Below, piece after piece: positions 49,759 to 60,200 of a stretch of DNA of 64,000 nucleotides. The position numbers and the translations under genes were made by a program. The notes below the pieces were generated by a model. It worked only from the letters and a program-made list of their open reading frames with translations, was not told where the DNA came from and did no database searches. Each line of letters starts with the position of its first letter. The first letter of the stretch is position 1. This stretch comes from a virus (taxonomy: Duplodnaviria > Caudoviricetes), in IMG/VR virus record IMGVR_UViG_2974613666_000001, positions 1 through 64,000 of that record; one strand, given 5' to 3'.

Positions 49759-52095
49759 TTAGTGATCCCAACCACCCATTATTAGACTTTCTGCTGATTT
49801 CTCCATGTCCTCATAAACCATCACACCATTACCTGTAAATCTTTTCATAGCAGCAAGCATAGAATTTTTTACTATTTCTGCACAATCTAAGGCTTGCTGC
49901 TGCGTACAAGTAGCTACAATCTCATCATGGCATATCAGACCTAATCTCAAATCATACTTGTCTGTAAAGACAGCCTCCTGGTAAACCTTTGCTATGCCAG
50001 ATTTCATGATGTCACTTTCTGTTTTTAACCAGACATTTGCGATAGCACCTTGGGGCATATATGGTCTTCCATCCCCTGAATTTTTGCAGAATACATAAGA
50101 CCGTCTCATGTACCCTTCTGTCTTGTTGGGACAGAAGTCAGTCTGCAATACTCCATACCAATGTCCATCAATTTGTATTTTTTTGTTGTTACCTTGCTTC
50201 CACAAGCTAGTTCTAAGTTTTGCAATTTCGGGGAAAACATCAGGAAAAGCATTTACCATTGCTTCACATATTTCCAGAGGTACATCACGCTTTTGACCTG
50301 TCTTGATGGTGTTCTGCAATGTTGGTGCGCTACCGCAATTTAAGCCACTGTACACGACATTTTTACAGCTTGCCCTTATTGGCTTAAAAATCTTTTGGTA
50401 ACGTTTTGCAGTTTCTATGTCTAAACAAGTTACTTTCTCGAAATGACCACCGTTTATATTACTTATATCTTCTACGCTAAGATGCCTATATTGCTTATAT
50501 TCTTCTACGACAGCAAATACAGATTTCATAGTTATCGCGTGGTTATCCAAACCATTCTCTTCTATGTATTTCATAGTTTTACTTGCATACTCACCGCTAT
50601 AAAACTTTGCAATAGCTAAGTGTGCAGCAGGTAAATCTTGGTCAATAGTATTAAATCCTGCTGGTGACTTGAAAATGTGTCTAACTATCGGGCATCCCAT
50701 TTTTACCAAACTATCAGGCATTTTATTTTCACTGGGCGGATTTTGCAGATTAGCAGCCTGACATTTGACAGGGTTTCTCTTGTTACCTGAACAAGTTCTA
50801 CCTTGCCCTTTACGGGTCAATTGCCTCACCCCACCGGATATCCTTGGTATACCTTCAACCCAGATAATCTCCTGCCTCACTTGCTTGCAATAGTTCATGT
50901 AAATTGCAATCGTGCGGAAATCTACAACCAACTGAACCACACGATGATCACCTAGTAAAGCCAAATCAGATTTACTACTCCCATACTTCACCACAGAGTC
51001 GATCACTTCATGAGTTTCCTGCTCTATCTCCAAATCATCCATATCCTCGTCATCATCATCCGCATCTACACCAGACGATCGCTTGTTAGCCTCAATCTGT
51101 TGGTTGATTTTCTGAACGATTCCCGCTATTTGCTGACTAGATTTGATATTGCAGCCTGGGTGCATCTTGACAAATTCCATCTCAATATCAAGTAACTTGG
51201 CTTGATACCATTTGATTTGCCTCTCCAATTCCACTAAATCAACAGGTAAGCCCCAATGGTTGATTTCTACTAAAGCTGGGGTAAATTCACTTTCTATTTT
51301 AGCTACAGTTTGCAATCCTGCTAACTTAATCTCCTTAGCTAAATGCGTGAATAATCGCTTGGTGTAGCTGATGTCCAGCGCTGCATAGTTGATTTGAGCA
51401 TTTCTTAAAGGTAGTGAGAAATCAGAAGACTGCTCGGTTTTATCAACATCTTTAATCTTCAGATAGCGCTCACAGCAATCTTTTAAGCCGTGGCGATACG
51501 TCAGAATACCTGCTGTCAATAGTTGAGAGAGGATCATAGTGTCATAGCTGATCCACATTTTGACACCCCAGTGAACCCGCAAGAATAGCAAATCAAACCC
51601 GATGTTATGTCCAATAAAGGCTTTTTTAGCTTTGGCAAACTCAATGGTCTTAAACTTTAGGTATTCAATAAACGCCTTATACTTTTCAGACAGTAAGGGT
51701 TTATCCCACTTAGTTTTAAGGTCTACAACCAGCACATCTTTCTGATGGACTGCTGAGATTTGAAATAGCCGGATATCACCATAGTAGGGGGATAATGCCA
51801 TATCCTGTAAGCCGTTCGTGGTTCCCTTTTTCCAGCTACGAGCATTAGTGGTCTTCTTTTTATAAGCCCCATTCTCAGGTGCGATCACACCATAAGTTTC
51901 TAAGTCAAGCACCACCAAGTTACTGCTGAAGCATTCGTTAACAAACTGATAGATTTCATCAGTTATATCTGCGTCGCATCCTACAAACTTTACCCAAGGA
52001 GCTAAAGGTTCCTGATTTTCCACTATTGATATACCGTTCTCAGCCCCGATGCTGGAGAACATATCAAGCTGAGTACCTGCAAGTGTTGCAACCAT
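49759..52095 (-). CDS. polA: Family A DNA polymerase with 3'-5' exonuclease
   Basis: Exo DLET, GHNIGFD, YAALD; polymerase NLQNPP, RxxxKxxxY, CHDEI. Confidence 0.9.
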   Translation of the reverse strand: MVATLAGTQLDMFSSIGAENGISIVENQEPLAPWVKFVGCDADITDEIYQFVNECFSSNLVVLDLETYGVIAPENGAYKKKTTNARSWKKGTTNGLQDMALSPYYGDIRLFQISAVHQKDVLVVDLKTKWDKPLLSEKYKAFIEYLKFKTIEFAKAKKAFIGHNIGFDLLFLRVHWGVKMWISYDTMILSQLLTAGILTYRHGLKDCCERYLKIKDVDKTEQSSDFSLPLRNAQINYAALDISYTKRLFTHLAKEIKLAGLQTVAKIESEFTPALVEINHWGLPVDLVELERQIKWYQAKLLDIEMEFVKMHPGCNIKSSQQIAGIVQKINQQIEANKRSSGVDADDDDEDMDDLEIEQETHEVIDSVVKYGSSKSDLALLGDHRVVQLVVDFRTIAIYMNYCKQVRQEIIWVEGIPRISGGVRQLTRKGQGRTCSGNKRNPVKCQAANLQNPPSENKMPDSLVKMGCPIVRHIFKSPAGFNTIDQDLPAAHLAIAKFYSGEYASKTMKYIEENGLDNHAITMKSVFAVVEEYKQYRHLSVEDISNINGGHFEKVTCLDIETAKRYQKIFKPIRASCKNVVYSGLNCGSAPTLQNTIKTGQKRDVPLEICEAMVNAFPDVFPEIAKLRTSLWKQGNNKKIQIDGHWYGVLQTDFCPNKTEGYMRRSYVFCKNSGDGRPYMPQGAIANVWLKTESDIMKSGIAKVYQEAVFTDKYDLRLGLICHDEIVATCTQQQALDCAEIVKNSMLAAMKRFTGNGVMVYEDMEKSAESLIMGGWDH

Positions 52096-52245
52096 ATTTT
52101 GTTAAAAGCAGTGAGTATTGTTTAGAGAGTCACGCTATGTCAGCTATAGCACTATATCGCATTGCTACCTGATATACGTTATTGACATTGCTGTAAATAT
52201 ATTCTAGCATTGTTGCTATAACTACCATAAGAGAATAAACCAGAA

Positions 52246-52596
52246 ATGGCAATAGCGATTAGAAAATATACCAGATCGTTCATAGACCTGTTGGAACTAG
52301 ACCTTAACCTAGATTTATGGGGCGAGGTGGTAGAAGTGTTATCTAACTGTCCCGAACCTAACTGGACTAGCCCAGAGCTTTATTTTGCCTATGACCGGAA
52401 TAGGATAATCGGTTTTATCCTTGGTAGCAACGGTTGTAAGTGCTATTACATATCTGTAGACTATCGTTATCGAAATCAAGGCATCGCCTCAGAACTGGTT
52501 AGGGTTTCTGGATTTTACGAACCCCACGATATCTACAACAGCAGTGAGGCTAGAGGGTTCTGGGCTAGTGTAGCTCAAAGTATGGTGGCAGCATGA
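52246..52596 (+). CDS. GNAT family acetyltransferase
   Basis: IIGFI...YISVDYRYRNQGIASELV...ARGFW. Confidence 0.8.
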   Translation: MAIAIRKYTRSFIDLLELDLNLDLWGEVVEVLSNCPEPNWTSPELYFAYDRNRIIGFILGSNGCKCYYISVDYRYRNQGIASELVRVSGFYEPHDIYNSSEARGFWASVAQSMVAA

Positions 52597-52928
52597 CCAA
52601 ACTTTCCCACCTTTACACAATCGCCCCCACCCATACACAACTGAATTTAAACCAAGCGGTATGGTGGGTGTGTTTCCTTCTTAAATCCAGCAACACGTAT
52701 CACACAGACATCAAAAATAAGTTACAGCGAGATTACCCAAACTTTAAATTGTCTAGTTGCATACTAGATCAAGCATTAAGTCTGCTGAGGAATGAGAAAC
52801 TTGTAACCACTACAGACCAACCAACAGGTACAAGAGGGGCAAAAAGAAAGATTTACGCGATCGCACCTGCGGGTCAATCTTTGGTTAATGATTTCGCTAA
52901 TTTATGGAGGCAATTCACCAATGGTTAG
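52593..52928 (+). CDS. PadR-family regulator, cyanobacterial Pex (period extender)-like
   Basis: QAV...L....Y.T.....L..DYPNFKLS..IL..AL..L...RGAKRKIY...FANLW. Confidence 0.7.
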   Translation: MTKLSHLYTIAPTHTQLNLNQAVWWVCFLLKSSNTYHTDIKNKLQRDYPNFKLSSCILDQALSLLRNEKLVTTTDQPTGTRGAKRKIYAIAPAGQSLVNDFANLWRQFTNG

Positions 52929-53121
52929 TATATCAGCTACTACATTAGACCAGTTAGTTAAATTAACCAAGTTAGACAGGAAAAATATACACCTTATTCT
53001 GGATACTTACCCAGAGCTAGTCAATAATGATCCAGCTACTCTTGATGTGAACAATCTGGCTGATCTCATAAATGACAACAAGTTTGACCTAGTAACAAGT
53101 CTCAATAAATATCGCTGGTGA
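52921..53121 (+). CDS. Small hypothetical protein
   Basis: ATG 52921 with GGAGG RBS, overlapping the upstream stop. Confidence 0.55.
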   Translation: MVSISATTLDQLVKLTKLDRKNIHLILDTYPELVNNDPATLDVNNLADLINDNKFDLVTSLNKYRW

Positions 53122-53125
53122 AATT

Positions 53126-53341
53126 ATGACTAACTTTGATTCGCCAAAACTACCTTACTGCTTACCACTACATTTCAAGGACTTCTATGGTAGCCTGACA
53201 GATGATCAGAAAACCTACCTGATCTCAGAATTAGTAGACAGCCATCCTCACAACGTTGCATCCTTTATTGAGAAATTAAAGGAATCCGCTAAACGTGATA
53301 GTGAACTACCAGATAATGATCTTTTTGATTGGGACGCATAA
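53126..53341 (+). CDS. Small hypothetical protein
   Basis: Tightly packed operon. Confidence 0.55.
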   Translation: MTNFDSPKLPYCLPLHFKDFYGSLTDDQKTYLISELVDSHPHNVASFIEKLKESAKRDSELPDNDLFDWDA

Positions 53342-53343
53342 TA

Positions 53344-53559
53344 ATGTCACTATCTAAAGAGTTTTTTCTGAAAGTTAGGGCTAAGGCTGGTTTGGCAGTC
53401 TTTACCTTACGGAAGATTGCCTTGTACTACTCTGAATATATAGAAGATGGTGGGAGTGATGCAGATGTTGAAAGGTTTGTTGCTTTTATCGAAGAGAACC
53501 GGGACGATATTTTAGCAAATGTAAATCGCTACACCATCCTAGACCAATTCATAGTTTAA
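53344..53559 (+). CDS. Small hypothetical protein
   Basis: Tightly packed operon; ATG 53344. Confidence 0.55.
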   Translation: MSLSKEFFLKVRAKAGLAVFTLRKIALYYSEYIEDGGSDADVERFVAFIEENRDDILANVNRYTILDQFIV

Positions 53560-53563
53560 AAAA

Positions 53564-55027
53564 ATGTCATTAGTAAATAAGTACAGACCCCAGAGGCTAA
53601 CCCAAATAGTTGGGCAACGTTCCACAGTAATGTGTCTCAAGAACGCTATAAACCGCCAGACTTTACACCCTGCTTACTTATTCAGTGGTGAACGTGGTAC
53701 AGGTAAAACTTCCACAGCCCGTGTAATTGCAAAGTCTTTAAATTGCCAAAGAGGCTTAACAACAGAACCTTGTGGAGAGTGCAGCAACTGTAAATCCATA
53801 CAATCTGGTGGTGCGTCGCTGGGAGTAAATGAAATAGATTGCGCCACCAATAACGGTGTAGACTTTGCCAGAGACTTGGTTAGCAAAATCTATTACGCGC
53901 CGATGTCCAATTACAAAGTTTATGTTTTTGACGAGGCTCATAATTTAACCAGACAGGCTTTCGACGCTTTATTAAAATGCCTTGAGGATTCAGGTAGTAA
54001 GGTAATTTTCATTCTCGTAACTACTGAACCTAACAAAATACCCAAAACAGTACAATCTCGTTGTCAGCACTTCCAATTTACACCACCTTCTCACAGCGAT
54101 GTTGTAAACTACTTGCGATCGCTCCTCGCCCTAGAAAACTTATCTGTGAGCGATGAAATTCTAGAGTTGATTGCTGAACATACAGATGGTGTATTAAGGG
54201 AGGCTTTAACTCTGCTGGATAAAATAGCACTGTCTGGTTTTACTGAAGTTAATGATGTTTACGAGCTACTGAATAAACCGCAACCTACAGACATTCATAA
54301 GTTACTTGCGTGCTGCGTAAAGCAAGACTATCAAGGTATTTATCGTGAACTGAAAGCCGTAAATAAGTCTGGTGCAGATCCTTTAAAAGTGCTGGGAGAT
54401 ATCGCCAACTTCATCAGAAACGCAATTGTTGGTTACAGTAAACCAGACTATAAGCTGATGACCACTGATACAACTACTTTTAAATTAGCTAGTCAGTGGG
54501 GGCGATCGCTTCCCCAATCTACTCTAGTTGACTGTGTGATCATGCTGCGTAAGGCTGAAATTGATTTTATAGCAGCTAAGTTTCCGAAGCTTTATCTGGA
54601 GTCAGTTTTACTTGAGTTATCTAAAATGATGACACTTACTAAAAATGAGTTTACATCTGCTCAAAGTAAACCAACAGTCAAACAGTTGCAACAAGTAGAA
54701 ATGGAAACTGGATCAAACCTAATAACCAACTGTTACTACAATTGCGATAATCCCGTTCTATTAACGTTACCTGAGTTTGAACCTGTAGAACCTTGCGTCA
54801 GAACTGCAATGCTCTGGCAACAGCTTTGTCAAACAGAACCGATGAACAAACTAAGAACTAAAATAGTTGAGTATCAATGGTATGAGCAGGATCTAATGAT
54901 TGTGCTTGACGCAAGTGTTGGTGCTAAACCTAATGTTAAAGAGTTAGCAGCATCAAGGATTAAAGAAGCCCAACGTGCGATCGGTATGCAGCCCTACGAT
55001 TCAATAAATGTGGTAGTGCATTATTAA
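53564..55027 (+). CDS. dnaX: DNA polymerase III gamma/tau-like clamp-loader subunit
   Basis: KYRPQ, GERGTGKTS, C4 zinc module, DEAH, SRC arginine finger. Confidence 0.9.
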   Translation: MSLVNKYRPQRLTQIVGQRSTVMCLKNAINRQTLHPAYLFSGERGTGKTSTARVIAKSLNCQRGLTTEPCGECSNCKSIQSGGASLGVNEIDCATNNGVDFARDLVSKIYYAPMSNYKVYVFDEAHNLTRQAFDALLKCLEDSGSKVIFILVTTEPNKIPKTVQSRCQHFQFTPPSHSDVVNYLRSLLALENLSVSDEILELIAEHTDGVLREALTLLDKIALSGFTEVNDVYELLNKPQPTDIHKLLACCVKQDYQGIYRELKAVNKSGADPLKVLGDIANFIRNAIVGYSKPDYKLMTTDTTTFKLASQWGRSLPQSTLVDCVIMLRKAEIDFIAAKFPKLYLESVLLELSKMMTLTKNEFTSAQSKPTVKQLQQVEMETGSNLITNCYYNCDNPVLLTLPEFEPVEPCVRTAMLWQQLCQTEPMNKLRTKIVEYQWYEQDLMIVLDASVGAKPNVKELAASRIKEAQRAIGMQPYDSINVVVHY

Positions 55028-55121
55028 ATTGTGCTACTGTGGCGTTATGAGTGTTGGTGGTACATACGCTTTGCTTTGATTTTGAGTGTGTACTTCTGTC
55101 ATTTGTTTTACCTTTTATATC

Positions 55122-55161
55122 AAACCCGCGAACCCTTTGTTGAGTAGGTCGCGGGTTTTTT
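55122..55161 (+). terminator. Intrinsic terminator
   Basis: aaacccgcga...tcgcgggttttttt. Confidence 0.75.
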
Positions 55162-55227
55162 GTTGGTCATACACAGCACGTCATTAAATTACTAGCCTTA
55201 ATGATATAGAGCTAAACAATTAAAATA

Positions 55228-56481
55228 ATGCAAATATCCCAAAACTGTATAGACCTTATAAAGGAGTTTGAAGGTTTCCGATCCAGTGCTTATCTATGCC
55301 CGGCTGGTGTACCTACTATTGGCTACGGTACTACGATTTATCCCAACGGCGCAAAGGTGGCTACGCAGGATACAATCACACGGCAAGAAGCAGAAGATTT
55401 TCTAGAGGCTTCTGTCCTGCAATTTTCCAAGGCTGTAAATAGCGAAGTAAATGTAAAACTAAATCAAAACCAGTTTGATGCTTTGGTATCGTTTGTGTAT
55501 AACGTTGGTATTGGTGCTTTTAAAAGTAGCACCATGTTGAGACTGATCAACGCCAATAAAATATCTGAAGCGGTTGATGAGTTTCCCAAGTGGGATAAAG
55601 CAACTGTAAATGGCAAGAAAGTATCACTAACAGGATTAGTACGTCGTAGAGAAGCAGAACGGAAACTATTTAACACTAGCGCTGTAACTGCTCAACCTTT
55701 AACTGCTCAACCTGAGTCGGTTCAGGAATCAGTAACATGGCTTAAAGAGTATACCGAGAAGGGTAAAAAGGTTGTAGTTACTTATGGCGGTTCGACTATC
55801 TGTGAGATTCTGCAATTTGAGTATTCACCACCGGAAGATTACTTACGAGAGTTACTAAAGACTTACCCGAACGCAAATAATTCTCATATAGCAACACCTG
55901 GGGAAAGTGTGCCGAAGGGCGATCGTGTTTTCATTATGGATCGCTCTTGCCTAGATTCTAGAAGTGAATTAGCCCAAAATGTTGTCAAGTCAGCCAAGAG
56001 TTTTTTAAGGTTGACAAAAACCAAGAGTAAAGACCAGTTTGGCTGTTATATACTCAAGCTAGATTACTTTAAGAATGGCGTGCTGGTGGATTCTTTAAAC
56101 ACTTGCTCAGGCATTGCTAGTAGGCAATATTTTAGAAAAGGAGTAGATAGTGTAGCTAGAAGTCTAGAACCTTTACCTGAAGGGTCATGGCGAATAGAGA
56201 ATATTAAGTGGGCAGGTGGTAGAGGTAACTGGAATCAGGTATTTAACTCCGGTGTAGGCGCTGTAAGCGTACCCTTAACTTATATCTCACCGGGAAGTAC
56301 CCGCCGAAGTGCAATAGAGGTGCATATTGACAATAACCGCAAGTCAGCCCCAGGTACAGCAGGTTGTGTAGGTGTCTACAATCGTGCTGATATGGAGAGG
56401 TTTCTAGGCTGGTTGTATGACACTGATCCTAGAGACTTTTACTGTGATTGGGGGCTGGGTTCTTGTCCGAAGATTGAGTAG
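55228..56481 (+). CDS. Endolysin: GH24 lysozyme plus C-terminal L,D-transpeptidase-like (DUF2778/Tlde1-like) domain
   Basis: IKEFEG..AY.CPAGVPTIGYG...GLVRRR.AE; PLPEG.W...IEVH.D.....GTAGCV. Confidence 0.85.
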   Translation: MQISQNCIDLIKEFEGFRSSAYLCPAGVPTIGYGTTIYPNGAKVATQDTITRQEAEDFLEASVLQFSKAVNSEVNVKLNQNQFDALVSFVYNVGIGAFKSSTMLRLINANKISEAVDEFPKWDKATVNGKKVSLTGLVRRREAERKLFNTSAVTAQPLTAQPESVQESVTWLKEYTEKGKKVVVTYGGSTICEILQFEYSPPEDYLRELLKTYPNANNSHIATPGESVPKGDRVFIMDRSCLDSRSELAQNVVKSAKSFLRLTKTKSKDQFGCYILKLDYFKNGVLVDSLNTCSGIASRQYFRKGVDSVARSLEPLPEGSWRIENIKWAGGRGNWNQVFNSGVGAVSVPLTYISPGSTRRSAIEVHIDNNRKSAPGTAGCVGVYNRADMERFLGWLYDTDPRDFYCDWGLGSCPKIE

Positions 56482-56535
56482 TCGGTTGATAACAATAAAA
56501 AACCTCTAAGTATACATCCTTAGAGGTTTTTTCAT

Positions 56536-57126
56536 TCAAAATAGATCCAACTGCTTATTCTGTCCAACTCTAGACAACTTAGGATTTATAGACCATAAAT
56601 TAATCGAGTAACGATCGCTCGCGCATCTTATAGCTGCGTGGGGATTTTTGCAATTGAAAAGTACCACCGCACCAGAGGGTAGTTCAAAGGTTTCACGTTC
56701 TGGTGTAAAATCCTGCTTCCCGTAGCAATATCCTGGGTACATTGCTTGATATCCCCACAAGGTTGATTTGCTGGTTAGATTAATGCTCACTGCTGGGTAG
56801 TCTGCATAAGTTGCATCTCTATGCCAGTTTATCCCCACAGAACCATAAGCGACCAAGCCTAATGCAGATTTTGGTTGATAATCCAAACCAGTGTGCTGCA
56901 TCGCCCGGTCAAAAATAGTGCTGCACCAATCCCATAACCGAGGTAACTTGTGAGCTTTATTAAATACTGGTTCCTTGTCCAATGTGGGTTGAGATTTTAA
57001 CCAAAAGCGTTGTCTACCTTTTGCATAACTACTGACATCCCTTTGTAGTAGTTGCTGGTGTTGGTCAAGATATTCGCGGATCTGTTGCTGTTGGGTACTT
57101 GAGATAACTTTAATGATTTGTAGCAT
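56536..57126 (-). CDS. AlkB-like 2OG-Fe(II) dioxygenase
   Basis: INWHRD (HxD), PHAA, RYSINLW. Confidence 0.8.
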   Translation of the reverse strand: MLQIIKVISSTQQQQIREYLDQHQQLLQRDVSSYAKGRQRFWLKSQPTLDKEPVFNKAHKLPRLWDWCSTIFDRAMQHTGLDYQPKSALGLVAYGSVGINWHRDATYADYPAVSINLTSKSTLWGYQAMYPGYCYGKQDFTPERETFELPSGAVVLFNCKNPHAAIRCASDRYSINLWSINPKLSRVGQNKQLDLF

Positions 57127-57209
57127 TACACTTGTTTTACCTTTGTGCTGATTATTATATCACGTTGTATATGCTACATTTGAAATAGTTTATTTAAAAT
57201 TCTAAAAAT

Positions 57210-60200
57210 ATGTCGCTGTCTCACCTGTTCCACAACCTACGCGAGTACACAATTGGTAAAAATGGAATTGAAACCGCCAACCTACTCACACCATCAAAAA
57301 CGATCGCAGCTATCCGCAAATGTGAAGAAAACCAACTAGAGTTTGCCGAGTTCATGGAAAGTGAGCAGGATTACAAGCGATTGGGCTTGGAGCTTAAATC
57401 CGTACTTGAGAATGTCTATGGTGACACTATTGATGGTTTTGAGGGTGTGAAGGTTAGCAATGGCGAGATTAAAGGGTTTTTCTTCAGTAATTTATCACCT
57501 ACTCTAGTTAAGAAATTCCAGTTTACAGCGTCGCCGCAGGGAATTTACTTTGAGCTAATTAACGCCAATGAAATTAATAATGCTAATGTAAGTTTCCAGG
57601 AAGCTGGCTTATATGCTAATGATGTTGTAGATTTTGCTACGGCTGCAGGTGATAAAAAGAAGCGAGTAATTAAGAATTGCTCAGAGGGAAGTAAAACTTG
57701 TCACGGTGCGGACGGTAAAACCAAATACTGCATCAATAAGAATTTCAAGTGTGCTACAGAACGAAAAGCCACACCAGCCGAGCGCAAATCCAGAACTGTA
57801 AAACCATCACCAGAGGACGCAGCTAAGTTAGAGAAAATTGTACAGCGTGGGGAAGTTGCAGCCGAGAAATTCACCAAAGCACGAGTAAGTAAGGATAAGT
57901 TAGCCAAACTTGATCAGCAATTGCGCGATGAATTAAGCACAGGTGGTGAGGTTGACGTACTGAAGTTGCAACGGAAGCTGAAGTACCCCGCAACTACATA
58001 TGGTAATGACCCTCTAAATAATCCAGTAAATCGGCTACTGGCTGATATGCGGACTAAGGGAGAACTTGAGGCTAATGAGTCAGGTGATAAGGTTAAGTTA
58101 TCTAAATCTGATAAATCATCAGAAACTATAAACAGTAAAACTGCTAAAAACCAAGAATCAGCTAAAGGAAGTGATAAGATAGCTGATACAGGTAAAACAA
58201 AAGGTAAAGCAGTGTTAGAGTCAAAATCTAAGACAATAAAAGAAGCTGAGATAGCCCACAAAAAAATATCCGATGATATCGCAGCTAAAACTAGAAAGTT
58301 CGGAATAGATGAGATATTCAAAGACGATTACCTTTTCAACCCTACTGGCATGGAGGTATTGATCAGAAAGGATGCTAAGTTTATTCCAGCGAAAGTAGTT
58401 TCCTTACAAACTAGCTACAAAGACAACTTAAATAAGGCTACACCTACAGGTCGGTTGGTTGTGGAGACTCAAGACGGTACTAGAGCGTTGAGAATGAGTA
58501 ACGGAATATTAGATAGTAAAAAAGTAAGTGCTGATGATCTTAAAGAGATGAATGCACTTGCTAAACAACAAAGTGAAGCTATGGTAACGCTGAAGAAATC
58601 TGATGAAGACTACTACTATACTAAAAACCTAAACGCACTAGACACCCTAAAAACCCAACAAGTAGAACTACTAGATAAAATCGCCGCCGCAAAAACTCCA
58701 GCCGAGAGACGATCACTCAATAAGGAATTGCAAGCTACCCGTAAAGAAATGGATGCTTTGAAGGCAGGGGACAATAAAAAAGAAGAATGGCGAAAACAAT
58801 CTGAACAAAGTTATGACAAAGCTTTCAATGGTGAAAAGTTCTCCTACGACACCAAGGAAGGTAAAATTATAGCCAAGTATGTACAGGGTAGAGATGGTGT
58901 AAATTACCTAAAGATGTACAAAGATGACAGTGACAACCCGTTCCAAAGTCCAATAATGAATAGATCCGAGTTATCTAACTTTATTGACGGTCTTCATAAT
59001 CCTAAAATTCAGGATGCAAGCGGATTTAACTCAACACCAGTGTTTGATAAGAAAGGCACTCGTAAAGAAATGGAAGATTTGAAGGTTGGGGGCGATCGTG
59101 GTGGGGAAGGCAAGGAAGTAGCCAAAAAAGTACCACAATCTGAAAAGAGCTATGAACAGATAGCCCAAGAAAGAGAAGGTGCTGACTTGACTTACAGACA
59201 GGCAAAAGATGCTCCTAAAGGGGGGGCTGTAAACCAGAATTATGGTAATTCGCAAGCAACTATTGCTGATGCACTAAACCGTAAAGTATTTGGCGTTGGT
59301 AATGGTGAAAAAATCTACAACTGGGCTAAAAAGCATGATGTGGATTTATTCAAATTGCAAATGGATGCTAATAACGATTTTTCTATATCAACAGACGGTA
59401 AAAGGTCAGCAGACAACAGAGCGCTGATGGATGCCGTTGTGATGGGTAAGCCTTTCAAGAAAACTGCGCCCACAGTAAAAACCAAACCCGAACCCGAACC
59501 CGAACCCGTAGCGGAAACCAAGCCTCGTAAAGTTGGTAACTCAGAAGTAGGGTCAGTTTACGATGGAGATAAGAGGCTAGAACATCACGTCTCAATCAAC
59601 GGTAAATCAGAGCATCTTTTCAGTGTGCTAGGTAAAGATAAGTACGGTGAGTTCAAAGATCAATTAGCAGAACTCCAAAAGAAAAATAACTACGACTTAT
59701 CAAAGTACGAACCGGAACTAGATAAGTTGGTAGATGGTTTTATAGCTGATAAGCAAAATCCAGAACCAGTAGTCAGGGGTACTGCTAACACTTCTAAAGC
59801 AGGAGTTCCAACTTACACACGCGATCGCACCCCCGCAGAAGTGGATGAGTACAACCAGCACTTAGATAAGGTTGCTAAGGGGCTGAAAGCTGTTAAGGGT
59901 GAGGTTGCCTTAGCTTTCAGAACCAGAGGTGGCGGTACAGTTACTAAATCTGTAAAAGCTACTGTCTATGGTGAGAGTGGGCTAGCCTACGCGCCTAAAA
60001 CAGATGCAATGGGTGAGGAAGGATTTAGCACACTTAGCGCACTTGTTCACGCTGCATCAGGTTTGAAAATAATAGAAGTTTCTACGGCTAAGGAAGCTAA
60101 ACGGCTGTCCGGACTGTTGGCTGATAGTGGTATTGACTTCAGTAATCCCGATTTAACTACAGATGCGGACGTAGCTTATAAACTACGAGCAATTGTGAAA

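Noticed and set aside
55034-55102. 22-aa minus-strand peptide MTEVHTQNQSKAYVPPTLITPQ with a lasso-leader-like YxxPxL motif
   Set aside because: No core peptide or maturation genes; probably a remnant behind an AAGGTAAAACAA leader
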